From: Octopus sinensis
Lineage: Eukaryota
DNA length: 64,000 bases
NCBI RefSeq assembly: GCF_006345805.1
Contig: NC_042997.1
Span: forward strand, 86,800,001 to 86,864,000
Reading direction: 5' to 3'
Under the pieces are notes generated by a model that saw only the letters and a program-made list of their open reading frames with translations, did not search any database and was not told where the DNA came from. Both the position numbers and the translations under genes were made by a program. Of this stretch, positions 12,561 through 26,769 are shown in pieces. Within the stretch, counting starts at the first letter, position 1, and each line of letters starts with the position of its first letter.

Positions 12561-13695
12561 ATCTACTTGTTTTATGTTCAAATCAGCCATCTCTGACCTT
12601 TCACACTTATCCTACGTCATTCTAAAAATAATCACATGGAAATCTCAGAGCTATGAGATAAAGCATGATTAATTCAAAACAGTGTAAATAAATAAGCATT
12701 GCATTTGACAGAGTAATCTGAATGTTAACGGGTTAATCACAGATTTATATTTAATGTTAAGTATGCATCACAGTCTTTACTAATTTGTCAATACTTCAGA
12801 TGTGAAGATTAACTGTCTAAAATTGTAAGTATTTCAACCAAGTATTTCATCACTTTTAGGTTACTACACTAACAAATTTTATTATATCACCACAGTATGT
12901 ACCCTAACAAACCTAACGAAGGCAACCCATCCTCCTTTGTGAAAATCCTTGTCCCATGTGAATTCTGTAGCAATTTAAGCAGACTAACTGTCTCAATTCT
13001 ATTCTGGTTATCTAGAACAAAATAGACAGACAAGTAGTTTCAACAAAAATAAATGAGTCGATGCACCTAAATGAAAATAATTGATGAAATTTTACAGACT
13101 AAAATTCATTTAGTCTGTTAAAGAAAAATTAGATTGATCTCAAGAGATTAAAATTAAATACAGCATTGATAAAATAATAGGAAGAAGTATAGTGTATGGT
13201 AATTTTGAAGTCAGTAAAAGCAAGATGCATAATATCATCATTGTTTAATATCCAAGGAATTTGTTGACATGGATTTTGTACAGCTGGATGCCCTTCCTTT
13301 CATCACTCCTCACATGTTTCCAAGTTAGGTATTGTTTCCCCATGCCCAAACATACCTCAGAAGATTGGAAATGAAGGACATGGCTTGCATGATGGTGACT
13401 TTCACTTACAACACTTATGTAAGGCAAGGACGATGCACGCACGCGGGCAGGCTGACATACATGATGAGCTTTCAGTTTCCATCTACCAAATTCACTCACA
13501 AGGCTTTGTAGTAAAAAACAGTTGCCCAAGGTGCTGTGCAGTGGGACTGAATCTGAAACTCTGTGGTTGGAAAGCAAACTTCTTACTGCACAGCCATGCC
13601 AGTGCCTATAGAATATAGTGATTTTGAAGTTAAACAACCTAGAAAATAATTTTTTGGATGCATAATTTTATATCTTTTTTTCTTTTGTACTGTAG

Positions 13696-13894
13696 GGCAT
13701 CAGAAGGCAAGACTGTTGAGATAGAATACAGGGGAGATGCAGCACACACTGTCCAAGATATTCTAGGTGGAATACGGTCAACTTGCACCTATGTTGGAGC
13801 ATCAAAACTTAAAGAACTCAGCAGACGAACAACTTTTATTCGTGTTACACAGCAGATGAATGAGGTCTTCTCTCCCTTCAACAAATCCTCTTAA
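13696..13894 (+). CDS. GMPR: GMP reductase last coding exon (R-ASEGKTV...[30 protein letters not shown]...SS*)
   Basis: tgtAG acceptor completes the AG/G Arg codon; RASEGK motif; TAA at 13892-13894; the five exons sum to 849 nt in one frame. Confidence 0.97.
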
Positions 13895-14204
13895 ATTTCT
13901 TTAATATTTCTAATGTACTGATCCATAAGATTTATAATGTTTCTTTCTATATTTCAACTCTTATTACATTATTACTTTTAGCTATTTTGAATACCAAATC
14001 ACAGGAGGAAATAATTTGCGGTGGCTGCTGCTGCTGCTGCTACTACTATTACTACATTTAGTTACATCACTTTACATTCTGATTTCAAATGTTTTTCTTC
14101 TTCTCAGGGTTGATAAGTTTGCAATAAGAACAGGAGATCAATTTAATTGATGGTACTTCCCACCAACACATTTGTAGCCTTTTGCCAATATAAGAAAATT
14201 TTAT

Positions 14205-15125
14205 TAATATTATTATTGTAAAGACAGTGAGCTGGCAGAATCATTAGCATGCCAGACAAAATGCTTAGCAGGATTTCACCTGTATTCACAGTCAGAGTTG
14301 AAATTCTGTTGAGGTTGACTTTGCCATTCAGCCTTTTGGGGTTGGTAAAATAAATACCAGTCATGTATTGGAGTTGATGGTATTGACTAGTACCTTCTCA
14401 CTGAAATTACTGGCCTTATGCCTTACTTAATAACAATTATCATTAAAGGAAGCTGATTAGCAGAGTCAGTAGAGTTGAGTGGTAGTATTTAGTTACAATC
14501 TTTTACATTCTGAGTTTACATCCTGCTGTTGTCAACTTTGCCTTTCTTCTTTCCAGAGTCAATAAAACAGAATATCAGTTATGTACTGGGGTTAATTTAA
14601 TCAACTAACCCTTCCATTAATGTTTCTCGCTTTGTGACTAAATCAAAAACAGTTATTATTACCTAAGGCAATGGTGAGCTGGCAGAATCATTAGAGCATT
14701 GGACAAAATGCTTAGTCGCATTTCCTCCTACTCTTTATATTCTGAGTTCAAATTCCACCAAGGTCAACTTTGCCTTTCATTCGTCCAGGGTCGATAAAGT
14801 AAAGTACCAGTCAAGTGGGGTTGATGTAATCATCTATTTCTCCTTCCTAAATTTCTGGCCTTGTGCCTATAATAGAAAGGATTATTATTATCATTATTAT
14901 TATTAAGGCGGTGGGCTGGCAGAATCATTAGCATACCAAAAGAAATGCTTAGCAGTATTTTGCCCATTGCTATGTTCTGAGCTCAAATTCCGCTGAGGTT
15001 GACTTTGCTTTTCATCCTTTTGGGGTTGATAAATTAAGTACCAGTTGAGCACTGGGGTTGATGTAATCAACTTGCCACTCCCCTCCTTCTAAATTTCAGG
15101 GCGTGTGCCTATAGTAGAAAGAATC
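14205..15125 (+). repeat. Cluster of four same-orientation family A SINEs just 3' of the GMPR stop
   Basis: Recurrent gagctggcagaatcattagca...gtcaactttgcctttc...aagtaccag units at ~14205, ~14455, ~14670, ~14906. Confidence 0.8.
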
Positions 15126-16338
15126 ATTATTATCATTTAATTAATTAATTATTCTAAATACATCTTGCAATTAAATACTGGCTTAGATTGGATTCGTATA
15201 GTTTTGAAAATTTTAAACTTGATTATATTAAAGGATATAAAATGCATACTCAGTTATGCTTACAAATGCAATCACTTACACACATACACACACACATATG
15301 CACACACCCATACAAATATACATACACACAAGCACATACATATTCACATACAAACATATATATATTAAACTAGTACACAGACAAGACAAAGAAAGAGTGT
15401 CACTGTTTAAAACTGTTGAATGATATTGTTTTAAAAATTTGAATAAAGATTTTTATGTATTTGAAATAATGACTGCAAAGTTCATACTGACATGTACACG
15501 CATGAATGTGTGTGCACATAAATGCACACACACAGACACACACACACATACATAGATATACATATTCTTTCACTATGTTTAATGTCTCTGTAATCCTAGA
15601 GTCAGTAGTTTTAACTTTAGATATCTGCCAAAATATATTATAGGCAACATTCTCAGATCTCCTGCCTATTTCTTGATGGTCAGGTGCATCCAGGCATGTA
15701 GGTGTTGTTTAGACCCTGGTCAATCCTCCTGATCAAGGCAATTTATGACCAAAGGCACTCCAGTTATAATTGTTTTATCTTTTGAGGAGTATCTAAGACC
15801 ACATTATCTAATGTGGCCTTTCCATTTTCTTTCTTTCAAGATGATAGAGCAAGATTTGGTTGCTATTTCTAGAGGGCAAGTGACTATGTAGAGGCTTTGT
15901 TGATTAATAACATAAAGTATCCTTTCTAAGCTGTGGCATTTCATTGTCACTGATAGTCCAACAAAATGTCTCTTGTCTGTAGTGGGTAAAATCATGGGCT
16001 TTTAACTTGATGTCTTACCTTTACACTCATTGCATGCATGTGTGTTTGTTTGTTTGTTTGTGTGTGTGTACAGAATCTACTGCACAATGATCTAAATCCT
16101 AGATCCAATTGTAACTGTTTCACTTCACTTGCACTGGAAATGGTTCTGGAGACGGCATAAATGTCACATTTTTTGCTTTCCTTGAAATCTGATTCTGCAG
16201 ATTACAAATATGGACAATCATAAAATACAGACATTTGATGACTAACTCTATTTAATCTGTATTTTAAACAAGTACATGTGTGTGTGTACATATGTACACA
16301 CATGTATATACATTTATACATATCCGTACATATATACA

Positions 16339-16395
<57 letters not shown>

Positions 16396-18593
16396 TATAT
16401 ATACACACACACACACATATAGACATACATATATATACACACGCACACACACACACACTATATATATATATATATTTATATATGCTTCCTTATTTCTTGT
16501 CTTCCTATGACAAAACCTCCATCTGTTCGATACTAATGGCACTTTTTAAAGAACGTTGGCAACAGGGGATTCATACAGGTAGGTGAGCAGAAAAATGTGA
16601 CTGTTCCTACCTTGAACCTTTTGTGTCCCCCTTCAAAACTAGTGAAACTATTGAAGCTGTGGCATTTCATTGTTGCAGATAGCCCAATGAAATATCTGCC
16701 ACAATGAAATCTCTGCCGTCCATTTGTGGTGTCAAGAAGTTTGAGTTCTATTATAATGAGGCCAAGCTGTGTCAGATGACCATACTCACCCTCTTGTTCC
16801 TAGTGTCCTGGACCCAACAGCAAGATGGACTGAGATGATTGGCAAGTATGCCAAGAATATGATGCAGTGGGATGACCAGGCCAATATATGCATCACACTG
16901 AGTTACCAAGCAACATTGTCGGATATTGACTCTGCTTGATAAGACTTCATGATTGATGGTTGGGTTTCTTATGCATAGTCTGTTGGAAATCCAGTCTTTA
17001 CATGCTTAGGATGACAAGCCCTTAAATTCAACTTGAGTGTAAGACTTGTCTATCCTCAACTTGTATGTATGTATATATGTATGTACGTACGTATGTATGT
17101 ATTTACATATGAATGAACATGATTGCTTTGTGGGCAATCTGTTATAGAACATGTTGGTTACCATGTGTGTATGTGTGTGTATATAAATTTATATATGTAT
17201 ATGTGAGTGTGTGTGTGTGTGTGTACATATATAGACTCACACATATATTTGTGTGTGCATGCACATGTTACTACATGTTCCTGTCTTTGTGGTACTGTGT
17301 TAGAGAATGTTGAATGGTGAGAGGAATTAATTGAAATAGTTTATCATAATGTTTTATTGTTTATTTTTTTTTAACTTGTAAATACCACTTTCTTTGTAAT
17401 GGAGCATTTCAGGTATTTAAACATCTTAATATTTATTAAGACAAGAGTTCTGCATTGGCAGAAATGATAGTGCTACCATAACTGGTAGGGACATTTATTT
17501 AAGTCCGTTAATATTCTGGGTTCACATACTAACGGGACTGACCTTTGCATTTACCTTTTCACAGTTGATAATATAAGCGCTAGCGGTACACTGGTGTGGC
17601 CTTGTGAGAAAACAATATTCATCAAATCCATTATTTTGAATGTGTTTAGTAGTTTACACACATGCACACTTACACACACACATGCACACTTACACACACA
17701 CACACAGTATTAGTTTGATCAGCGGCTGAAAGTTCAACAGTGACTCAAGGGATAAGAGTTCCGTGCGTAATACTTATCAAACCATGCACGAAACAGTTGG
17801 CCCTTTGAATCACTTTTGTTACTCTCTACCAATTAAACGTAATAAATAAGTGCATATACCCTTGTATTGAGTTCTATCTCTTGTTTATTGTTCCAAACAT
17901 ACATGTATACACATATACATAAATACACATATATATAACTACTTATGAATATATATATATTTATATATATATATATTTATATATATATATACATACACAT
18001 ATAAACTTGACATGAGTGATTCTTTCTTGTCTTGGGATTCATGGTCAAATGGTTGGGTGGAATTGTGAGAAAAATTACATAGATGTGTAGAATGATCTGG
18101 TGGTGTTGCTGGGCTTAGTATTTTTTTCATAGCTCCCATGGTTACCGAGATAATCTACTATAATAATATTCTTGTGTTTATGAATGAGAAAGGAAGGAGT
18201 AATAGATGAATAAGGAAGGAAGGAAGGGGTGATGTCGTACTTGGTAGTGGGATGATGAAAATTGTACACTGAAAAAATACATCAGTGTTTCAACTCTGTG
18301 TGAATATGTGTGTGTGTATGTATGTAAAAGTGGGGTATGTGTGTGTGTTTGTGTGTGCGTGTGTGCCCGCACAATGGAAGCGGGATGGTTCATCTTTGTT
18401 CGCTTAGTATTTGGGTTTATTTTTTGATTTGGTTGAATCTTGTTTTTTTTTTGTTGGTCAGTTATTTTTAGCATTTTGACAGAAAAAAGTCATGCTAAAA
18501 TTGTTTTTTAACGGAAGCGTGCCCAAACAAGTCGAATGCTTACACAGAACAGGTTTTACAGCCACATCATCCAAACCGACTGGGTTAGCTGCT

Positions 18594-18646
<53 letters not shown>

Positions 18647-18673
18647 GTATATATTATATATATATATATATAT

Positions 18674-18709
<36 letters not shown>

Positions 18710-20426
18710 TATAATATATATATATATATATGCGTAAGTTGTTAAATCTGAACACACTCAGAGATACGTACACACATGCACACACATACATATACATATA
18801 CGCCCACAGAAACTAAAGCAAAAACATTTTTGAAAAATGTTGAATAAATGAATATAATAAAAGTTAAGTAAAATCATTAATACAATTTTTTGTTTCTTTC
18901 CACATTACATTTTTGTTTCAGAACGCTTTTGTTACAGCATAAAAATTTGATGAAATTCAGAGTTGTATCCCTTTATGAAAATATTGGTCATGTGAACAAG
19001 AAAATAAAAAACAGAAGAAAAACAAACATAAAATAGTTAAAAATAGCATGATCGGTGAACGTATGAAAGGTAGAATTAATGTTTACGAGATTTGAACTTC
19101 AACGACCATAACTCAGTATCACAAAAACTATTTCAGGATGCCTTATCGATTTGCTATCCATTAAGTTCTTTGACAAAATAACGATTTCATTTATTGGCAA
19201 GACGGCAAAATCGTTAAATTCGTTGGACAAAATGCTTAGTATTTCTACCAACTCTTTACGTTCTGAATTCAAAATTCTACCGGAATCAACTTTAACTTTC
19301 ATGCTTTTGCGTTCGATATAAGTATTAGCCGAACACTGGTGGGATCTTTATAATTGACTTCTCCTTTTCCTAAAATTATCTCAAAAGCAACAAGAAAAGA
19401 ATAAAGAGGAATCGTTTGAAATAGTTACCTCCCTTGCACTGCAACTAGTTAGCATATTTGTTTCAACGTGGATTCTATTTTTGATTTTAAGACTGTTTTG
19501 AACATCAAAAATGTAGACTTTTTAAAGGTTTTAATTTAAAAAATTCAAATTTAATAATATCTTTAAATATAGAAACTGATTAAAATTAAGAAATTTACGG
19601 CTGCAGTAGCTGTAATTGCATATAAATATATTTCTTTTGCATTTAAACGGTATAAGTATATTTTGTTAGGCTTTGAAAGCATTAGTTATTTCCCTTGTCT
19701 AAAACATTTCAGTTTCAACTTATTTAAACCCTCTCCTGTCTTGTGTATCTCATGTGATACATCGAAAATATTCCCCCTGGTGTCTATATATCATATATAA
19801 TACACATTCCCAATTTTTTTAAATCACCGGAGTAACTTGGAATTATAAAAGAAATGCTTTATATATACGAGTCAGAATGTATGAAACAAGGCCTAAATAA
19901 AAAGCCTGAAAACAAGCATTAGAGGTTTAAGACGAACTTACGAAAATTCTTTGGACAGGCAAAAGGTTAAGGATGAAAACAGAGCAGTGGATCGAAAGAA
20001 TTGCTTAAGCGTCGGAAGAAATGCTTTGTGGTATTTGTTCTAGTTCTTTGAATTCCGAGTTCAACTGCTGCCGAGGTCAACTTCACCTTTCGAAGTACGA
20101 ATTAAGTATTGGAGTCGATGGTATCCACTAATCCCTCCACCCCATCTCAATATTGTTATCCCATGTGTCTGAATTAAAAACCGTTAAGGATGAAAAGGCA
20201 ATTAACACATGCAAATATAAGTCTGAGAGAGAATAAACTTTTAATCCATAATAGTTAATCCAACAAATATTAATTTTTTCACCTATGGTACACCGGGAAC
20301 TCGAGTTCACATGCAAATATATTCATACAAAATGTGTGTAAGAGTGTGTGTGTGCGTGTGCTTGCGTGTGTGTAGTATAATAAGTAGAAAGTCCTTGATA
20401 TAGCATTATATATTTGAAAACAATAA

Positions 20427-20556
20427 AAATGGCTTTTCTGATAATTTTTCCACTTTAATAATTAGATGTTTATAAATTATTGAGTGTTTATGGGAACACC
20501 TAATAATTTATAAACATCTAATTATTAAAGTGGAAAAATTATCAGAAAAGCCATTT
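20427..20556. repeat. Perfect 55 bp inverted repeat with 20 nt spacer
   Basis: 20427-20481 is the exact reverse complement of 20502-20556 (checked base by base). Confidence 0.95.
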
Positions 20557-21254
20557 CTATTAATTTTTTTTTTTATATATAGAATAATTGAGAAACGTGT
20601 TTAGTGTTGTTTCGGGTTGTTTCTGTAGATGTGACATAAAAGAGTTACGAAGGGAAGAGAAACGAGTGAATCGAGTACTTTTGAATAGGGATGACATGCA
20701 GCTGACTAAGTTCAAAGAAAACCGTAATTGAAGAAGAGACAGATATATGAATCAGTATGTGTAGCATGTTAGAGAATTTTCACCGAACCAACTGAATGAC
20801 TTTCATTTGAAGACAATGTAAAATGTAGAAGCAACGTTGTTTCATATATATTAGCATTACTTTAATATACTTGAGTTTTGTAGTGATTCGGGAGCTAATT
20901 ATGTTTGGATTATTTTCTGGCCTTGAAGAGGAAGCCTAGACTTTGTTGTGATTCAGATTTTACAATTTTATATATTTGAGATTGCCACGAGAAATCGTTG
21001 GAGATTCTGTGACATAGCATTTGAAACAAGTTTGAAGGCTTTGATCGGAGTGTTAGCAATCCTTAGAAAAGACAGGATTTCCACATGTGATCGGAGGATT
21101 ATTTCCCTTACATTATATCTTTTAGTTCTGTTCCCGGAATCAGCGGAAACACTGACATGTCAGACCGCGTGCGAAAGATAAAATAAAAGTGAAATATAAG
21201 AGTTGTGTCATTAGTGATCACATGGCATAGATTGTTAAGATACAGAATGGTGCT

Positions 21255-21605
21255 GGCATCACTGTGGAGTAAGAAGATTACTTCCCAACCACATGGTTCC
21301 GGGTTCAGTCCCACTGTGTGGCACCTTGGGAAAGTGTCTTCAACTATAGCCTCGGGCTGGCCGAAACCTCGTGAGTGGAATTGATCGACGGAAACTGAAA
21401 GAAGCTCGCTGTGTGTGTGTGTGTGTGTGTATTTTGCCTCTGAGGATGTGTTCCCCTCTACATACACACCACTTGACAACCCGAGGGAATAAGTACTAGG
21501 CTTAGAAAAAACAAAAGTACTAGGGTCGGTTCATTCGACTAAAAATTCTTCAAGGCCCCAGCATGGCCAGAGTCTAATGACTGAAGCAAGTAAAAGATAA
21601 AGAAG
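21255..21605 (+). mobile_element. CORE-like tRNA SINE (family B)
   Basis: ggttccgggttcagtccc B-box; gtggcaccttggg.aagtgtcttc core resembling MIR/CORE; tail ccagcatggcc...tgactgaagcaagtaaaagataaaag. Confidence 0.8.
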
Positions 21606-21776
21606 TGTATAGATGACAGAGAACCTTGAGATAATGCAATGTAGATCACAGAGGATCCCACCAACACACGAAATTTCTATCAGGGGAATGAGAGCCAAGT
21701 GGGTCCCATAAGCAAGCATGTTAGCTGATGGGACATAATACCAAAGATGATCGAAAGTTCTATTAATGTTCTGGTC

Positions 21777-21862
<86 letters not shown>

Positions 21863-22483
21863 CCTGTCTGTCTGTCTGCCTGTCTGTTGTCTGTCTGTCT
21901 GTCTGTCTGCCTGCCTGCCTGCCTGCCTGCTTGCCTGTCTGTTTGTATGTTTATCTTCATCATCTTTAAAATGTGGAAGTAGGTAGTGTGTGAGTAGTTA
22001 TATGAATGAGATATACCACCGCATGTTTTCATTGTTTGGGTTATAACCACTATGGAGAGAGAAAAATTGAAAATTGAAATTTATGGAAATATTGCTTATA
22101 ATTTAAAGCCTTGTTATTAAACTTTTGAAAACAGTGACACTACCATGGTAGGTGACACGTTGTGGGTGGGTGTGTGGGTGAATAACCGAGATGAGGGCTG
22201 GAATGATAGTCGGAATTTTTTACGTTCAGAACTTAAGGTTTGTTTCTTCGTTATTTCATTAAAGACTGCTGTTTTGGCTGCGCAGACTTAATCATGAGTA
22301 GAACATATATATATATATATACTGTATATATGTATTATGACATTTATTTCAACTTGCTATTATACATTTTATTATTATTAATTAAGAAAATGATTATTTA
22401 ATAAAAAATTAAATATTTAAATTAAATTAAGAACATACGAAGTACGCCCTAATAATAATTTTATAATCTTGTATAATTTTGAT

Positions 22484-23575
22484 TTATAAGTATCTTGTAA
22501 GGTACTCCTCCAGCTGTTTATGGCTGGCCAAGATCATTCTATCCAGAGTGCAGCGGGATATCGACGTTTTGCTGGGGTTCAGCGTCTTGATTAGGCCGAC
22601 CAAGGTGGGGGACTCCACTAAATGCAGCAGCAGCATGTTGTCGACAAACATGTCTACAATCCTTCTGTCCACCATAGACTGACGGATGCCAGCGCCAGCA
22701 GTCTGGGCAAATGCCTCGCCAATGCTGGGCTGGCGTGCATTTTTTGCACATGGCTGTGACGACTGGCTGCTGGCACTGCTACAAGAAGATTGTCTATGTT
22801 TCCCACGGAAAGAGCCGGCCTCGATCTTTTCCTCAAACTGGATGACATGCCCTGGGTGTTTCCCCTTGAAATGCGACTTCAATTGTAGAGATCACTGCTG
22901 GTAACTCGATGGTGGTCTCTTTGGGCTGGCACATGACACCGGATGCACAGGATTTTGGCGTTCCTCTTATCCCTTGACGTAAGGACAATGTTGTCCTCCA
23001 AGTGGGGCTACGGATTCTGAAGTTCCTGGCTCTCAACCTGAGTGACCTCTGTCTCACCCACAGCCGCTCTAGACTCCTCAAATAAACCCTTCATCCTCAG
23101 GCCGAATAAAAACGTCTTTACCTTCCATAACGATAAGCGATAACTTGATAAGCTGATAACGTACACTGCTATCGCTAGTAATGTGACAACGTCTATCTGT
23201 AATGTGACTGTATGTAATGTTTGTAATGTGAGAAAGTTTGTAATATGACAACGTCGTAAGTGAACACAACTAAAAACTGCAGAATTATATAATGCTGCTC
23301 AGCTAGCTACTGCTGCGTCGACCAGTCACGTCTTGTCACATGTACACGTAGTCAGCCAATAGCGTGCTTGACAGACTCTTCGAGACACGCCCACAACAGA
23401 CAGGAACAAATGTTTGAATTTTGTTAGCGGACTGAAAGTTAGCGGAACTAAATTTGGTGGAAGCTAATTGGTCCACTAACGATTTCCAAAGTTAGCGAAA
23501 ACGCTAATACGTTAAATGAAAAGTTTGCTTCGCTAATTTGCTGTTAAAGGATTAGCGGAACAGTGCCCACCACTG
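22484..23575 (-). mobile_element. hAT transposon 5' part with disrupted BED-finger transposase, 3' portion missing
   Basis: Terminus CAGTGGTGGGCAC at 23575; subterminal TTAGCG/CGCTAA repeats; ATG at 23094; across frameshifts RCHV-CQPK...LKSHFKGKH (BED finger) and VDMFVDNMLLLHLVESPT...LNPSK.SISR.TL (hAT DNA-binding region). Confidence 0.8.
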
Positions 23576-23609
<34 letters not shown>

Positions 23610-23729
23610 TGTATGTATGTATGTATGTATGTATGTATGTATGTATGCATGCATGCATCTTTGTGTGTGTGTGTGTTTGTGTGTGTGCATGCGTATGCAT
23701 GTATACACACATATGTATGACTGTAGGAT

Positions 23730-24030
23730 ACCTCCGTGATTCGACGATGAAGATTCTGTTGCTTGATCAACTGCATTACCTGCTCCTGAATTAGCGTGTG
23801 GTTCAGGAAATATAAATAAAACAAGTCTTTAACGTTTCGAGCCTACGCTCTTCAACAGAAAGATACACAGAGAAAAAACACAGAAAGAAGGAGAGAAAAA
23901 AAAATATGCGTGCAGAGGCTAGCGAATCAACATGGCGATCTGATTTCGGCCAGAAGTCAAAGATCAAACGTGAGACGCAAGAGCGAAATTAGGGGAGATA
24001 ATAGGGTTGAATGACCTCGCTCCAACATAA
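23730..24030 (-). mobile_element. Penelope-like pLTR segment with hammerhead-shaped motif (23826-23863)
   Basis: Same family as 47190-47345; minus strand UCUUU CUGUUGA A GAGC-GUAG-GCUC GAAA CG UU AAAGA. Confidence 0.65.
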
Positions 24031-24169
24031 GAGTGTGTGTGTGTGTGTATGAGAAGAGTGTGTGTGTGTGTGTGTATGAGAAGAGTGTGTGTGTGTGTAT
24101 GAGAGAGTATTAGTGCGTATGAGAGGTCTGGACGTGTGTATGTATATATGATGTGATGTGTAAAGTCGT

Positions 24170-24490
24170 ATGGTGTAGTGTAGAGAGAGGAGATGAGGGA
24201 AGAGGGGGGAGAAAGAAATGGGAGAAGAGGGGAGAAGGAAAGGGGAGAAGAGGAGGGAGAAGGGGGAGAAGGAAGGAGGGGAGAAGAGGAGGGAGAAGGG
24301 GGAGAAGGAAGGAGGGGAGAAGAGGAGGGGAGAGAAGGGGGAGAAGGAAGGAGGGGAGAAGAGGAGGGGAGAGGAGGAGGGAAGAGAGAGGGAGAGAGAG
24401 AGAAGGGGAGTGAGGGAGCAGAGAGAAAGAGGGAAGGGGAAGAGGGAAGGAGGGAGGGAGAAAGAGGGAAGAAGGGAAGAGGAGTAGGGG
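24170..24490 (+). repeat. Polypurine (GA-rich) tract with ~33 bp internal units
   Basis: Almost pyrimidine-free; repeated ggagaagaggagggagaagggggagaaggaaggagg. Confidence 0.9.
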
Positions 24491-24621
24491 TGAAAGGATA
24501 TATACGTGGTTTCAGGTGTTCAGTCCCATTTCACGGAATCTTGGGTTAGTGTGCTATAGCTCCCAGCTGACTATTGTCTTGCAAGTGAATCTTGAAAATG
24601 GAAACTGTGTGGAAACCCTTC

Positions 24622-24658
<37 letters not shown>

Positions 24659-24672
24659 CACACACATATATG

Positions 24673-25880
24673 TCAGGGCATCCCATAAGTGATGTCTGGA
24701 CTTCTATATTTTCAATTTGTAAACGCTTTAACAATATTTTAGAGTGTCTAATGGCATCAAGTAATGTTTATATGTATTTGGACTACTTAAATTTCATTTT
24801 GCAGGATAATCTAATTGAAATTTCACTAATCATAGCTCTTCAAACATGGAAGTGTCTCGGGAGCATTTGAGGTACATAATGCTTTATAAGCTTAAAAAAG
24901 TTAACTCTGTAGCTGAAGAGACTCGAAATATTTACTCAGTTTATGGAGAAGAGTGCCTAAATGAAAGCACTTGCAGAAGATGGTTTGTAAAATTCAGAAG
25001 TGGAGATTTTAGCCTTGAAGATGAGGCCCGAACAGAACGTCCAATTGTATTTGATGACAAGCTTCTTTTGGCAGAACTTGAAAATGATAATGCAATTGAA
25101 AAAGATAATGCAGTTGAAGAATTGGCAAGCAGACTTCGTTTTATGCCGTGCAACTGTTCACCGCCATCTTCAACAGCTTGGAAAGATCCCCAAATTCGGA
25201 AAATAGGTGCTTCATAATTTGTCTGAAGCCAACCGCAAATCCCGAGTGGACATTTGCTCTTCTCTTCGTTTTCGTGAACTCATCTCACCCTTTTTGGACA
25301 GACTGGTGACCGGTGAGGAAAAATGGATCTTTTATCAAAATGTTAAGCGTCGTGGGCATTGGCTTGGTGAAGGGAAAAAGGCCCAACCACAACCGAAAAG
25401 GGAACTTCATGCGAAGAAGGTTCTCTCTGGTGAGATTCTAAAGGAGTCAACTAATCCAACAATCAATACTCAGATCTACTGTCAGTAATTAGAGAGTTTG
25501 AACGCTGCTTTGAAGAACAAAGGCGTGTTTTAGTGAATCGAAAGGGAGTGGTGTTTCTTCAGGACAATGCAAGATCCCGCACAGCAAAGATCATATCACA
25601 GAAGATTGAGGAACTTGGCTGGGAGAAAATTACACATCCGCCTTATTCCCCTGACCTTGTTCCTTCAGATTACTATTTGTTCCGTAGTTTACAGAATCAT
25701 TTGGATAGATTAACTCTCGAAATAACTGAGCAGTCGAAACTAATTATTCAGAGTTCTCTTCGTGTTTTGCTAATGGGATTAAAAAGCTTACGAATATATA
25801 GAAAGGTGTCATAGATAATCATGGAAAGATTTGATCACTTGTTTTCCTTACTTAGAATTCAGACATAATTTATGGTATGT
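24673..25880 (+). mobile_element. Mariner (D,D34D) transposon, second copy of the 8110 family, pseudogenised
   Basis: TIR tcagggcatcccataag and degenerate 3' TIR at ~25855-25880; ATG at 24846; LVTGEEKWIFY, FLQDNA...YSPDLVPSDY; frameshifts. Confidence 0.93.
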
Positions 25881-26456
25881 ATGCGTATACATACACGCAC
25901 ACACACTCACAAAGACACACAGACTCTCTCTTTTACTCTCGCGCATATGTGAACGTGTGTCTTTGTGTTTGTCCACTGGTTGATAACCGGTGTTGCATTG
26001 TTTTCGTTCCAGAAACATTGGCGGTTCGACAAAAACGAATGATAGAATATATACCAGATTTAAAAATACGTACTGGGGTTGAGAGTCGATTTATTCGACT
26101 AACTCTTTGAAGATGTTGCTCCTGCATGGCCGCAGTCCAAAGAGTGAAACATGTGAATGATAAAAGAATACACACATACACACACGCGCGCGTGCTCACA
26201 CGCACACATATATATGTAAACATATGTAGTTAATAAATTCCTTTCCAACCACGTGGTTACAAGTTCGATCCCATGTAACAGAACCTTGGCCATCTACTAT
26301 AGTCTCATAAATGGCAATTTGACAACCGGAAACCATGCAACAGAATCTGTTGCATGACCGTGCCTCTGTCTTTTATGTTGTGTTTGTCTGTGTCTCCTAA
26401 CTTAACGGTTCAGTAAATAGAGAACAAAATAGTCGGGGTCGTTATGATCAACTAAA

Positions 26457-26769
26457 GTAGTAATTCTCAACCATTTTTTACCTGTGAACCTCTTTGGTTA
26501 TCATTTTATTCTGGTGAACCCCCATAACCATTCGACCTTTAAAAACTAGTTTTATAGAAACTTCTTTCAAAATTCCTATTTTGCTTTTCACACATTACCT
26601 TGTGTAGGTTGAACTACGTAAAACGTTAACGAAGCCTAGCTATCTCTAGCAATAGATACATCTAAAGCAAAAATTTTTCATGGACCTTAAGATAATACTG
26701 TAGACCCAATTTACGATTTTGCTTATGCGGACCCCCAGGGTTCATATGGACCCTGATTGAGAACCACAG
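26457..26769. mobile_element. hAT-type MITE with (CAGTG)GTTCTCAA-like termini
   Basis: Ends in ttgagaaccac; inverted homologue at 32850-33217. Confidence 0.7.
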
